The notes under the pieces: generated by a model
The model's database searches: none
Told to the model about the DNA's origin: nothing
The model's input: the letters and a program-made list of their open reading frames with translations, nothing else
Part shown: one piece after another, positions 24,575 through 36,175 of the stretch
How the letters are laid out: each line of letters starts with the position of its first letter
How positions within the stretch are numbered: position 1 is the stretch's first letter
Made by a program: the position numbers and the translations under genes
DNA from: Chiloscyllium plagiosum
Lineage: Eukaryota
Assembly: GCF_004010195.1 (NCBI RefSeq)
Contig: NC_057719.1
Coordinates: 68,227,873-68,291,872, forward strand
Direction of reading: 5' to 3'
DNA length: 64,000 nucleotides

Positions 24575-25226
24575 AATTACAACGGGATCTTGATCAGATG
24601 GGCCGATGGGCTGAGAAGTGGCAGATGGAGTTTAATTTAGATAAATGTGAGGAGCTGCATTTTGGAAAAGCAAATCTTAGCAGGACTTATACACTTAATG
24701 ATAAGGCCCTCGGGAGTGTTGCTGAACAACGAGACCTTGGAGTGCAGGTTCCTATTTCCTTGAAAGTGGAGTCGCAGGTAGATAAGATAGTAAAGAAGGC
24801 TTTTGGTATGTTTTTCTTTATTGGTTACAGTATTGAGTACAGGAGTTGGGAGGTCATGTTGCAGCTGTACAGGACATTGGTTAGGCCACTGTTAGAATAT
24901 TACGTGCAATTCTGGTCTCCTTCCTATCAGAAAGATGTTGTGAAACTTGAAAGGGTTCAGAAAAGATTTACAGGGATGTTGCCAGGGTTGGAGGATTTGA
25001 GCTATAGGGAGAGGCTGAACAGGCTGGGGCTGTTTTCCCTGGAGCGTCGGAAGCTGAGGGGGTACATTTAAAAGGGACTTGGATGGGTATATGAATAGGA
25101 AGGGTTTGAACGGATATGGGCTGGGTGCTGGCAGGTGGGACTAGATTGGGTTGGGATATCTGGTCGGCATGGATGGGTTGGACTGAAGGGTCTGTTTCCA
25201 TGCTGCACATCTCTTTGACTCTATGA
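24575..25226 (+). mobile_element. CR1 LINE 3' fragment inserted in Gypsy pol
   Basis: ORF 24598..25071 (WQMEFN, DLGV, LEYYVQFWSP) and tail tctgtttccatgctg..gactctatga; a tail-only piece is also present at ~23787-23837. Confidence 0.92.
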
Positions 25227-25696
25227 AACAGCAGCTATCGTCATCGAAGGTGTTGGCCCACTATGATCCGAAGTAGAGGTAGTGCCGACATGTGATGCCG
25301 ACATGTGATGCTGATGCCAAATGCAAAGAGGCTAAGTTTGGTGGTTATCTTAGGTGTGAGGAAGTATCTTTATGGATGGGAATTTGTCATAGTAACAGAT
25401 CACAAACCTGTGATAGGACTACTGAAGGAAGACAAGGTGGTGCTGCCCATACCTTCTGGTAGAATTCAGCGGTGAGCTCTTATTCTCAGCGCGTACAAGT
25501 TAGTACATTGTCCAGGAAGTCAAATGGCTAATGTGGATTCCCTAAGCCTCCTTCCACTGGCAAATGCTCCACCGGTGGTGCCTCACCTGGAAGAGTCCAT
25601 TTTGGTTTTAAACTTACCGGACCTGGGGTGAAATGTCGCAGGAAAGGTTACAAGAGGAAAACCAGGCCTATCGACCTGGACTTGGGGGTGGGGGGA

Positions 25697-25921
25697 TGTA
25701 GTGATTGGAACCAGGTTGACCTCACTGACTACGAGATCCTTGATTGGCCGAGATTAACAACCCCAGTCAGGAAGTCCTGGCTGAGCAATATGATTAGGAA
25801 ATTTAGTATTTCCTCAGTTCAGGGGACTGACTTTGAGCTGGTTGGCCACAGCCAGTGTACAGTGCACAAATAAATAAAGGCTGACTTGGGAACAGATAAA
25901 GTCCTCTGTACAGTTATTTCA
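25697..25921 (+). repeat. 3' LTR of the inner Gypsy element
   Basis: Follows a G-rich PPT; starts TGTAG, ends TTCA, contains AATAAA; 3' half matches 22255-22383 (gggactgact.tgagctgg..cacagccagtgta..tgacttgg..cctctgt.cagttattt). Confidence 0.9.
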
Positions 25922-26139
25922 CAAAGATAATATGATCGCAGATGCTTGTCCTGAAAGTAAACTGATTAAATAATTTAAGGATTTAACAGATGTTAGAAGG
26001 TTCTGCAAGACTTGTATCGCGTAGAATGGAGAGCGAAGAATAAAGGCTGTGTAGTTTTCTGATCTGCTGTTTTCTGTCTGCCTTGTGATGAAGTGCGTTT
26101 TTAAAAAAACGGTATTACTTTCTGTCCTAAGGGTAGAGG

Positions 26140-26411
26140 CCTAGAAATACCATATATTTATATTTCCGTTAGTTTTGGACTGTGGTAAATATCCCTAAAT
26201 CAAGGAGACTGCGCAGAAAGATTACTGCAGTTTTAAAAATCATGCTTACTGGTTACACATTTTTCTCAGTGAAATCAGAAGCAGACACGGGGAGCTTATG
26301 GGTTCTGAATGAAAGGAAAACAGCGTAACAACTACATTCTGCTTGATGCCTGACTAGGTGACCATAGCTTGTGCAGGACGTGTGCAATAAAGAAACACCG
26401 AGCTTGGAAAG

Positions 26412-26447
<36 letters not shown>

Positions 26448-27478
26448 ACAGCAAGCTGTGTTTCACTCACATTCTCTCTGCAAATCTCTACTGAAGGAGG
26501 AATAAAACATCTTCAAAGGCAGTGAAAGAACAAACGCTCAACCGATGATTCAGAGGATTGGTGTGCAAACAACCAGACACCAACAATAACGAACTGCAAG
26601 GAAAGTAAGAGAGAGAAAGCAGCTCATTGAATTCTGGAGACCAAACTGGTGCTATTGAACTTTGCTTCCCTAATTTTTTTTCTTTTTGTTGTGAAACTTG
26701 AAAGAGCTCAGAAAAGCTTTACAAGGATGTTGTCAGGGCTGGAGGGTTTGAGCTATAGGGAGAGGTGAATGGGCTGGGGCTGATTTCCCTGGAGCATTGC
26801 GGGCTGAGGGGTGACCTTACAGAGGTTTGAAAAATATTGAGGGGCATGGATAGCATAAATAGGCAAGGTCTTTCCCCTGGTGTGGGGGAGTCCAGAACTA
26901 GAGGACATAGGTTTAGAGTGAGAGGGGAAAAGATACAAAAGGGACCTAAGGGGCAACTTTTCACACAGAGGGTGGTGTATGTATGGAATGAGCTGCCAGA
27001 GGCAGTGGTGGAGGCTGGTGCAATTATAGCATTTAAAAGGTATCCGAATGGGTATATGAATAGGAAGAGTTTAGAGGGATATGGGCCAAGTGCTGGCAAA
27101 TGGACTAGATTAGGTTGGGATATGTGGTCGGCATGGACAAGTTGTACATTTCCATGACTCTACAACCCTTTTTCCACCCTTTATATCCATGTCCTATCTG
27201 TCCTTGTGTGTATGTTTGTGATATGGACAATTTAAGAAGGCATTTAGTTTAACTTATCGAGTTATAACTTATTAATCCATATTTTCTAATTATCATTGGT
27301 TGAAGAGAATTTTCTTGTAATAAACAGTTATTGTCTTGTTAAGTACAGAAACCCTTCTTTTATTTTGAATTCATCAGCAAAGTAAATTAGGGACTTTGGA
27401 TAGTTTTCATATTTGTGATGATTCTGGAAAGAGTAGTACTTAATTTCCAGTACACTATCATTTTTGAGTTGCTGCAAA
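26140..27478 (+). repeat. 3' LTR of the Gmr1-like element, containing (TC)n at 26415-26443 and a CR1 insert
   Basis: Block similarity to 16340-16867; follows the RNase H end and a purine-rich aagggtagagg. Confidence 0.65.
26687..27162 (+). mobile_element. CR1 LINE 3' fragment
   Basis: ORF 26837..27157 contains SRTRGHRFRVRG..FTQRVV..WNELP. Confidence 0.9.
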
Positions 27479-27481
27479 GTA

Positions 27482-27697
27482 GTCTAAAGATGTGCAGGTT
27501 TGTTGGATTGGCCATGCTAAATTGCCCATAGCGTCCAGGGATATGCAGACTAGGTGGATTAACCATGGTAATGCAGCTTTTCAGGGATGGTTGGGTTGAG
27601 GGGGTGGGGGCCCTGGTTGGGATCCTTTTTGAGGGTCAGTGTTTACCTGATGGGTCAAATGGCCTGCTTCCCCACTGTTGGAACTCTATGATTCTAC
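27482..27697 (+). mobile_element. HE1-like SINE 3' half
   Basis: gtctaaagatgtgcagg..ttggccatgctaaattgccc, plus the CR1-type tail. Confidence 0.8.
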
Positions 27698-30600
27698 ATA
27701 TGAATGTGGTAATGGCAGTGTAATATCCTGTTTTAGTCATGTATTCATAGGTCTATTTTTCAACTTTTATCAATGTTCAGAAAGTCCCAGCTTGATGTAA
27801 ATCCATACTTAAAAGCTCGAATGCCCATTGATCCTCTGATTTACCTTATGCACACATTTAACTTTTGAGAATAAAACCAGTACTGCCATATCGTCTAATG
27901 GCATTATAAATGATCTACTAAGGGAGTGCAATTTGATGCATGCATTTATGAACAGATATGTGTTTAACCATAGCTTTACAATTGTGCAGAGTGCAACCTG
28001 TGGATAGATGTGACTAAAGTATTAAATTTGTTCCATGTAGCATCCTGAAAACCAGCACTGTCTATTCTCACCTTAACCTATTCTGCTTCCTAATATTCCA
28101 ATTCATTCAGTTTAGCTTCAATGATAATTGAAAGAAACAACACATTTTACTGAGGATGATATCACATTCAAAGTTCAATAAATTAATCCTCATCAAAAAT
28201 AATTAGAAGATTGCTTAGTATCTACAAATTCTGAGCATTAAGTCTTTACAAGTATTGGTCTTTTAATTCTGACATTGTGGAAATTTTCATTAGTTTTGAT
28301 TTAAGAGAGATGTATAAGAAATATAATATATTTCTTAAATAATCTTATTTTTACAAAAGTTTCATATTGCTACAATGTATATTTTAAATTTAGTAAAGTA
28401 AGGCTGAATTTCAATCTTAAAATGTTCAGAAGAATAGCATTTATCATAAATCCATCACTGACATCACCTTCCCAATACAAGATAGCACATGTGTGTTGCA
28501 GAAGCCTTTTTAAAGAGCCACTTGTCCCATTTATTTTATTAGTCCTTGGTGAATGTAATTAGAATCAAAGTAATTAAATGCAATTGTGCTCAGTATGTTA
28601 CTGTTGTAAATTGCCCTAAACAATGTGTGTTGCATGTTGTGAACACAATTCTGGGATTAATAGACGATAGATAATGTTTTAGGATTGTATTTCATACTAA
28701 ACAGCCAAATAGAAAAACAAAGACCTTGGCGCAGTGTCATTAATCTTAGTCATCTGAAAGCACAAGTGTAATTTGCATGACTCAGTTATGGCACATGCTG
28801 TATTTAGGAGAAGAGCTATATCATTGTCTCGCTTTCTAGTTTTAAAAATAATGTCAATCCAGACATGTCCTGTAAAACTCAGGGGAGAAAGGGGTAACAT
28901 GTACAAAATATGATGCCCCTGTTGAAGCAAAGAACAAAAAATTTGGTGCACAGGCTTGGTTCAGAGTACCTATCAATACTTTCTTTTATATGTTTACACA
29001 TGAAACTAATTCATTAGGCATTAGCAAGGATATATATCTCTTACCCGGAATGATTTGAAAGTACAGCTTAAGTTCTTTTATACCATGCATTGGGAGGCAA
29101 CAAATCTATTTGCCTTTATTTGAAATTTTTTAATGATAGAAATTGAGTAAAACTATCTACAAATACTGTTTCAAATAGTGCTATTTGCATTCTGCATTTC
29201 ACTAAAGTTGGTGATGATTGTAATAGCCTTCAGTGGATATGAATAATATATTGCTGTTTTTGTTTATATAAAGAAAAAAGAATCTGTAGAGTAAATGTTT
29301 TTAAACAACAGACTAAAACACGACCTTCCAGATTAAAAATTAACCTCTTCCCCTCGCAAACAGCTGGAAAGTAGGAATTCAATTTCACATTATTGTCTGC
29401 AATCAACATAATGTTATGCTAGAGTTCTCACTGTTTGTGAAGCAAATTAATAATTAGATTTCAAAGGCAGATAAGCTGTTCAGAATCATAAGCTATATCT
29501 CAATATGTTTGTACGTAAGATGATGTATATATTGCACAGTGAATAAAAATAAATTCTAAAACTGCATTTTTAATAAGTTTAGATTTATTGAGTCATGAAT
29601 TTCTCTGATTGCCTTTTCCTACAAACATACCACATTCTGTGTTTGCTATCAACTTATAATATCCTGGAGGCACTGAGCTCATTATCAAATTGCATTTGAA
29701 ATTTTTGCTTTCTGATGATTAACTGAGGTCATATAACTCTAACCTGATTTGTTTAAAATACAATTTTCCTGCATGGAATCGAAGAATCAACTATTTCCTA
29801 TATATGTAAAAGAGTTAGTGGATGGCATGATGACTTAGAATCACCCTGCTCCTGGGGTTAATATCAACCTAAAGAAGAAGATATATTCTCTAATTTCTGA
29901 GGTCTGTTAAAATTCTTGAAAGAAATAAGTTTAGACAATATTTATAAATGTGAAGAACAAGATATTTGAAAGCATTCCTTACAGTCACTTTACAATTTCA
30001 TCATGAGTTCAATCCCATATATAAAATGTTTGTTGAATTTCAAAGATAAATCAACATGAAATTCCAAAAAGTTGATCTATTTCCTTGCCTTCCACGATTC
30101 AACATTGACCAGTTGTTTCTTTTATTTGGTAACACAGGAAATTTTGGCATTCTTGGTTATAAATAGAGATAATCAAATGTACTATTAGCATAACATTCAA
30201 TCACGTTTCTAACCAAACACTCATTTCTTTCAAAGTTAATTGATCAAGCAATAAACATTGCTGATAAATTCTTCATAATCCTGGAAGAAATTTTCTTCAC
30301 AACATTTACTCTTGAATGATGCTTGTTGACTTTGTACATATGCCTAAATGTTCTCTCTTCACAGTGTAAACTAAAGAACTTGTGTCCATTGTCAGGCAGC
30401 ATTTTGAAGATTTGCATATTATAATCTTTTACGCTTTATCTCCAGTGAGTCACTTGTAATAATGTAACCTCTTAAGAGATGGAGTCATTGCTGTTTAACT
30501 TATGCTTTCCTCATCTTGACATTGCTGAAGTTGTTATTAAGTATTGAGAAATTTACTTTGTACTTACCAAAAAAATATTTTGAAGAACGGAATCCACTTC

Positions 30601-31352
30601 TGTTTTGATATTCAGTGTTGGTCTCAAAGGTTTCCTTATGAGATCAAATGTGAATTAAATTTCCTTTTTCTCAAATGCATTCTTTAAATTTAAACTTCAA
30701 AATAATACCTCCTATAGGATCATAATTTCTTTACTGTATTGTACATAATTTTGCTCCACTTGAATGTGATTGCTAATTTGTGTGACATTTGGGATATAGC
30801 TTGAAAGTACCTAAAGTCATTTCACAAAGGACCATTATGATCAGACTATAAGAAAGGCTGTCATCCCATCATTTGGGAATAGATTAAAACACAGGTCCCA
30901 TAGGTAGAGAACAGTTTGCTAACACACTATAGCAGCCATTCCCTAAGGTACAAAAAAGTTAGATCTACCAGATGTCCAAGGCCCTGTATGCATAATGGCC
31001 TTACTCTCACTTCACCACAATTTGCCTCAAATACTTTTTAATTCTGTTTCTGCATAACAACTCTCTGTTAATTTAGTGGATTTTATGAATCTGTTCTTCC
31101 TTCCAAAAGTGAACAGCAGAAAAGTGACAGAAGTGTAAATTTGGTCAGGTTTTATTGACAGTAAAGTGGGTGTACAGTGCACCCAAGTGGCTCATGCTGT
31201 TGCACCGTTGACTGGAGTCTTTCCGAGGTGGAGGGGCACAGTTGAATGATTAAAGTGTAAACAGAAAGTACTGCGGAGAAGAGTTAAACCAAACTAATCC
31301 CTACCATGCTTTGCTTTAGCAGTGTGAAGAATCTGATTGCAGCTTGAAACCT

Positions 31353-31368
31353 TGACCTAATGTGACCT
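31353..31368 (-). promoter_or_regulatory. Perfect DR4 nuclear-receptor element (AGGTCA-CATT-AGGTCA)
   Basis: Plus strand TGACCT aatg TGACCT in unique sequence. Confidence 0.45.
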
Positions 31369-32468
31369 GCCATACACCCTCCCTTGACTGTTATCAGCAA
31401 ATTTCTGTCACCAGGGCCTCAAGAGCAGGTAACAGTAAGGTTGATCAAGGTAATAAATAAGTCACATTTTTGCTGCTGATATCACTTTAATTGTTATGTT
31501 AAGATTTAACAAACTATTTGATCACAATCTGAGCATCTGGAATCTCAGTTTTGCAACTGCAATACATAATAAATTTAAGACTACATACTTTTCCTTTCCA
31601 CCAATGAGCAAGTAAATTATTTCCTTTTAGGCTGCTGAGTCAGATAATTGAATGTTAGGGAATTCTTCTATAATGTCAGTATAATATTTACATTTTCTAC
31701 AGCTACATGGAAAAGACAATCACTTTTAACAGGTCAAGATTTACAATTAATACTGATTCGCAAGATGGCAATATATTTCAAAATATTTCAGTTCAAGATA
31801 ATTAGAAATAACATTAAAATTTTCATATCACCAATCATTTGAAAGTGGCATCTTAAGATTATAAAAGGTGATCAACTCCATTTCAATCTTTGATAAGTAT
31901 TCAGCTTTGAAATTTACATATATTTACTACAGTAAAACATAATCCTGTTATTTTTTTTCAGTGATGTGTAGTAACTGAAGTTACCAGCAAAACATTGACA
32001 CTAGCTGGAAAACTAAAGTTGTATGCTGTGCAAGAGACATAATTTCATCTGGCAAATATGATTCACATTCTACACGTGTTGCTTGCAAGTAACTAAAATC
32101 ATCCAAGAGAAAAGGAGTCAAATGAAAGACAATACTTTGTCCTTTATGCTGTTACCTATTTTCATCATGAGTCACTACTTCTGAGAATACATGAACGTTT
32201 TAAAAAATGAGAAGTTATGTGCAATCTCCATGAATCATAAAGTGACAAGTTTTATAATCTGAGAATTATCAATAAGAAGGATAAAATATTTGTGTTTAAG
32301 TAATAGAAAACTGCTTGGCCAAGTATTTACTGAAATACAGATTAAGTAACTGTAATAAGTATGATACCCAAAACATTTTCATATTTATGCTCTATTTATA
32401 ATGTTATGTTGTCATGCAAAAATAAAGGCAAACTCTATTCATTGCAACATTTAATAATTTTCTCTTAG

Positions 32469-32525
32469 ATCTCAGTTACGGAGAGAAAAACCCTTTGTTC
32501 TGTTTCTGTATGGCTGCCTGAGGCA
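32469..32525 (+). other. Candidate 57-nt frame-symmetric exon
   Basis: Acceptor ttttctcttAG and donor GCA|GTGAGT; open in two frames; peptide not recognised. Confidence 0.25.
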
Positions 32526-32542
32526 GTGAGTTCATGACGTGT

Positions 32543-32560
32543 TACTGCCCCCTAGTGATA
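32543..32560 (-). promoter_or_regulatory. CTCF core motif
   Basis: Minus strand TATCACTAGGGGGCAGTA, one mismatch from the CCASYAGRKGGCRS core. Confidence 0.55.
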
Positions 32561-33334
32561 CCTTTTCATTACAGACTACTCCAATCATCAACACTAATCA
32601 GTGAAAACTACTTCTGTAAAGGTGTAATAAATATACTGTTGACTGTTAGAAAAATATCCTGCCATTTAACATTAACTTAAAAAAGCACAACAATATGCCT
32701 GTTCCTTCTATCAGATGTTTTAATTAAATACTGGCAATTCCCCATTGCAAAACCATGTTACTTATTTTGTCCCATGTAGTTTTGTGTCAGCAAGGTCAAA
32801 TTATACTCTGCATTTGTTCAGTTTAATGATTTTGTACTTTTAGAGTTGGATGTCGAAACTGTTGTGAAAGGGATGCTCAATGTCATTTATATTTTTCCAA
32901 AAATAGGTAGTCTCTTTGTGTCCTCATGCATAATTATAACTAACACACTCATGTGAAATATTCCTATGTGGCAAGTCAGATTTGACATTTAATGGGGAAC
33001 GTCATTGTAAATTGACAACTAACGAAGTGCTTAGACTGGAATTAGTATCGTCAAGCCAAATCTGGCTTGATTTAGTAGATGACTATTTTCAAAAATGATG
33101 TTGAAAGTGATACTAATATATTTGTCAGTGCACGAAAATTGGGTGTTCTCAAAAATAAAATTCTGGCAAACTCCCTGAGTTGTCTCATATATGTAAAATA
33201 TTAAAGGATTCAAAACTAATCCAATAGCAGTGAAAAAAGAAGAAACATCATAGAAAAGCAAACATTGGTCAAGATTCCTGCTTACAATCAGCGGCCAGTG
33301 ATTGCTGTAGTGATCTGCACAAGTGAGAACATCA

Positions 33335-33705
33335 GGTATTTACAAGATAATACATGGCTTGGAAAGGGTGGACGCTACGAAATTGTTTCCGTTAGGCGAG
33401 GAAACTAGGACCCGTGGACACAGCCTTAGTATTAGAGTGGGTAAATTCAGAACAGAAATGCGGAGACATTTCTTCAGCCAGAGAGTGGTGGGCCTGTGGA
33501 ATTCATTGCCGCAGAGTGCAGTGGAGGCTGGGATGCTAAATGTCTTCAAGGCAGAGATTGATAAATTCTTGATGTCACAAGGAATTAAGGGCTATGGGAA
33601 GAATGGGTAAATGGAGTTGAAATGCCCATCAGCCATGATTGAATGGCGGAGTGGACTCGATGGGCCGAATGGCCTTACTTCCACTCCTATGTCTTATGGT
33701 CTTAG
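33335..33705 (+). mobile_element. Young CR1 LINE 3' fragment
   Basis: ORF 33323..33610 contains TRTRGHSL..FFSQRVVGLWNSLPQ; tail cctatgtcttatggtctta. Confidence 0.92.
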
Positions 33706-35209
33706 GTGAGGACAGAATTGACATCCCCTGCAGTCTGCTAAAAGTCAAGGCTCAATCGTGAAGAATAGTCACTTGGATGTGGTATTGGCAGCCAGTATAA
33801 AATGATCATTGAATGTGTAATAATTATTACAGGTTTTTCTTTACCCATATGATTTGCTTAAGATTTAAACTGAAGGTTCATATGTCTTTTCTTCTTAGGA
33901 TGCTCTTCTCATCTTCTTAGCTTGACAGCTGGCAGCAAAAATTTCATCCAATCCTTTTGCATGCAGAAAAAGCTTCCCTTCAAACTATCTGCTTCAAGCA
34001 ACTAACCAAAGCAAAAATCACCAGCCATTTGTGATGGTTGCATCCAGAACAGGAAGTGATAGATAAACCACCCGCAGAACAGCTCTGAAGAAAGGCGAAA
34101 CCTCCTTTGGGAACAGATACTCAGACGGGCAATGTACAATTTCTGACACGTGCAGGCTTGGTCAGCTGGACACCTACAAACAAAAAGAACAGATTTACAG
34201 GGCACCCATGCCATTTGCAATTGCAGGGGTTGGGCAAAAATAAAAGTTCATCACCAAAATTTGCATGAGACATGGCAGCTAGCCCATTAACTATACAAAG
34301 TACAAAATTGCTTTATAACAATTTAAATGCCTGTCAGGACATGGCTAGAAACTTCACAGAATCCCAGAATTGTTACAATGGAGGTGGAGGCTATTCAGCC
34401 CATTGTGGCTGCACCAGCTTTTCAAGCAAATATCATTACCTAGTGCCAATGGCATCTGCTATTGTTTCTAGAAGCTGAAGTTAAACTGATTGGTCTGTAA
34501 TTGTTGAATTTATCCTTACCGCCTTTCATGAACAAAGCCTAAGGTTTTCAGTCTTCTGGCACATCCCCCAAGTTGAGGGAAGACTGAAAGATTATTGTAA
34601 TTGCCCCCTTGATGTCTGCCCTCACTTTCTTCAAAATATTCGGATACGTCTCATCTGGACAACTCATGCAAACCTATTTATGAAAGATGCCTGTATGCAG
34701 ACTCACCCACAGGAGTGAGATTCAAAATTGAAGCTTAAGTCAGGTTCTTTGCCGGAATATGGAGAAAATGAATGAGTATGATTCACTCATCTAATACCAC
34801 CATTGTGACTGTTAATTTCATGGGTATCAGTAGAAAACGTTACAGTTATAAATGTGATTCATGAGGTTGCATCTTTTGGGATAGGGACACATCTTAAAAA
34901 TTGTTCTCTTTACATTGTTCTCCTTCAGTTTTTTTCCCCTTCCTTTTGCTTTTCCTAAAGTTGGTGGCAAACTCCTCCTACCTTGTCCAAATGACCATCC
35001 TTGATGTACAAATGCAACAATTATGGGATTTTAAACCATAAAGTTGATCATTCCCAAGGCTAACCTTATATCTACACAAATCACATTCCAAAGCAGGAGG
35101 TTCTGGGAACCAAACCAGATCAAAAACTTTGACAGATGTTTTCTTGTATTGAGCCTGAAGGCATTGAGAACAATTTTTTAGATCCCAGCCAATGTCCCAG
35201 TTCAGAAAT

Positions 35210-35685
35210 GAAACAAAGAGCTTGCATTTATATAGAGCCTTGTGCAGCCCTAGGATATCCCAAAATACTTCACAGCCAACAAATCATTTCAAAACTTGTT
35301 ATTTTGTAGGCAAATAAAGTAACAAATTTGAAACATAGTGCAATTCCTAAAGACAGCAAAAAACAGAGAACTTATATTTATACATAGTGTCTTTTCATGG
35401 CCCAAGGACATCACATCTAATTAAGTACTTTTGAAGTGGAGTCAGTATTTCCAGTTTAGAAACCGCAGCAAACAGTTAACAGTTAGCAAGAATCCCACAA
35501 ACATCCACAAAATAATCTGTCTTTGGTGGTGTTGGCAGAAGGATAAATGTTGGCTAGGGAATTCTGTGAACTCCCTTGCAGTTCTTCAAATGGTACACCT
35601 CTGATTGGGCATTGCATTATTCATTTAGCCAGCATTGTGGTTACTTCCAACAATTCAGCTTTCCCTCAGTACTGCACTGAAATAC
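35210..35685 (-). mobile_element. DeuSINE-type SINE remnants (tail at 35210-35300; body and tail at 35365-35685)
   Basis: Reverse complements of the tail (cttgcatttatatag, aagtacttttgaagt) and of the Deu domain (ccctcagtactgcactg). Confidence 0.7.
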
Positions 35686-35807
35686 CATCCAAAGTCAAAT
35701 CGCCACAGTAAGGTTTGTATCTTTATTCTTTCTTTGTGCTTAAATTATAAGAATCTGTTGCTTTAGAAACTGAGTGTACAATTTCTAACATTCACTGAAA
35801 TAGATGA

Positions 35808-36100
35808 TTAGATTTTTTTTTAGATTACATTACAGTGTGGAAACAGGCCCTTCGGCCCAACAAGTCCACACCGACCCGCTGAAGCGTAACCCACCCATAC
35901 CCCTACATTTACCCCTTACCTAACACTACGGGCAATTTAGCATGGCCAGTTCACCTGACCTGCACATCTTTGGACTGTGGGAGGAAACCGGAGCACCCGG
36001 AGGAGAACGTACAAACTCCACACAGTCAGTCGCCTGAGGCGGGAATTGAACCCAGGTCTCCGGCGCTGTGAGGCAGCAGTGCTAACCACTGTGCCACCAT
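35808..36100 (-). mobile_element. Young HE1-like V-SINE
   Basis: Near reverse complement of 20304-20630 and 60047-60361, with a small internal deletion. Confidence 0.95.
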
Positions 36101-36175
36101 GAGCTACTAAAGCAACTATTCTGCCTCCACGGTTGGCTGTTTAATGCCGGGTTTTCTGTGCCAAAAATAAACAAT

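Larger units (their letters stand above)
22255..25921 (+). mobile_element. Second Ty3/Gypsy LTR retrotransposon nested in the Gmr1-like element
   Basis: Partial 5' LTR 22255-22383; gag-like MLLLGKLD..EDW from 22449; protease-like LNGHPVPMEV; RT YPIPRIEDL..KLDM..FLDDILITG; RNase H TDHKP; PPT 25684-25696; 3' LTR 25697-25921 (TG..CA). Confidence 0.9.
16090..27478 (+). mobile_element. Decayed Gmr1-like Gypsy LTR retrotransposon (IN upstream of RT) with nested insertions
   Basis: 5' LTR ends TGACA at 16867; tRNA-Pro PBS 16873-16890; gag-like MVLETALAFLQVEE from 16982; integrase HHCC 18510-18662; IN core/C-term 19180-19660; RT start ~19800-20050; RNase H end KDNMIADA at ~25924; related 3' LTR ~26140-27478. 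Confidence 0.8.

Noticed and set aside
25280..25320. Short tandem repeat (tgccgacatgtga) as a CRISPR-like array
   Set aside because: A local duplication of about two units inside Gypsy RNase H; no spacers, no cas genes, eukaryotic context.
34085..34104. CTGAAGA..GAAAC CTC hammerhead-like string
   Set aside because: Only 5 nt separate the core motifs, so no stem II can form, and there is no Penelope context.
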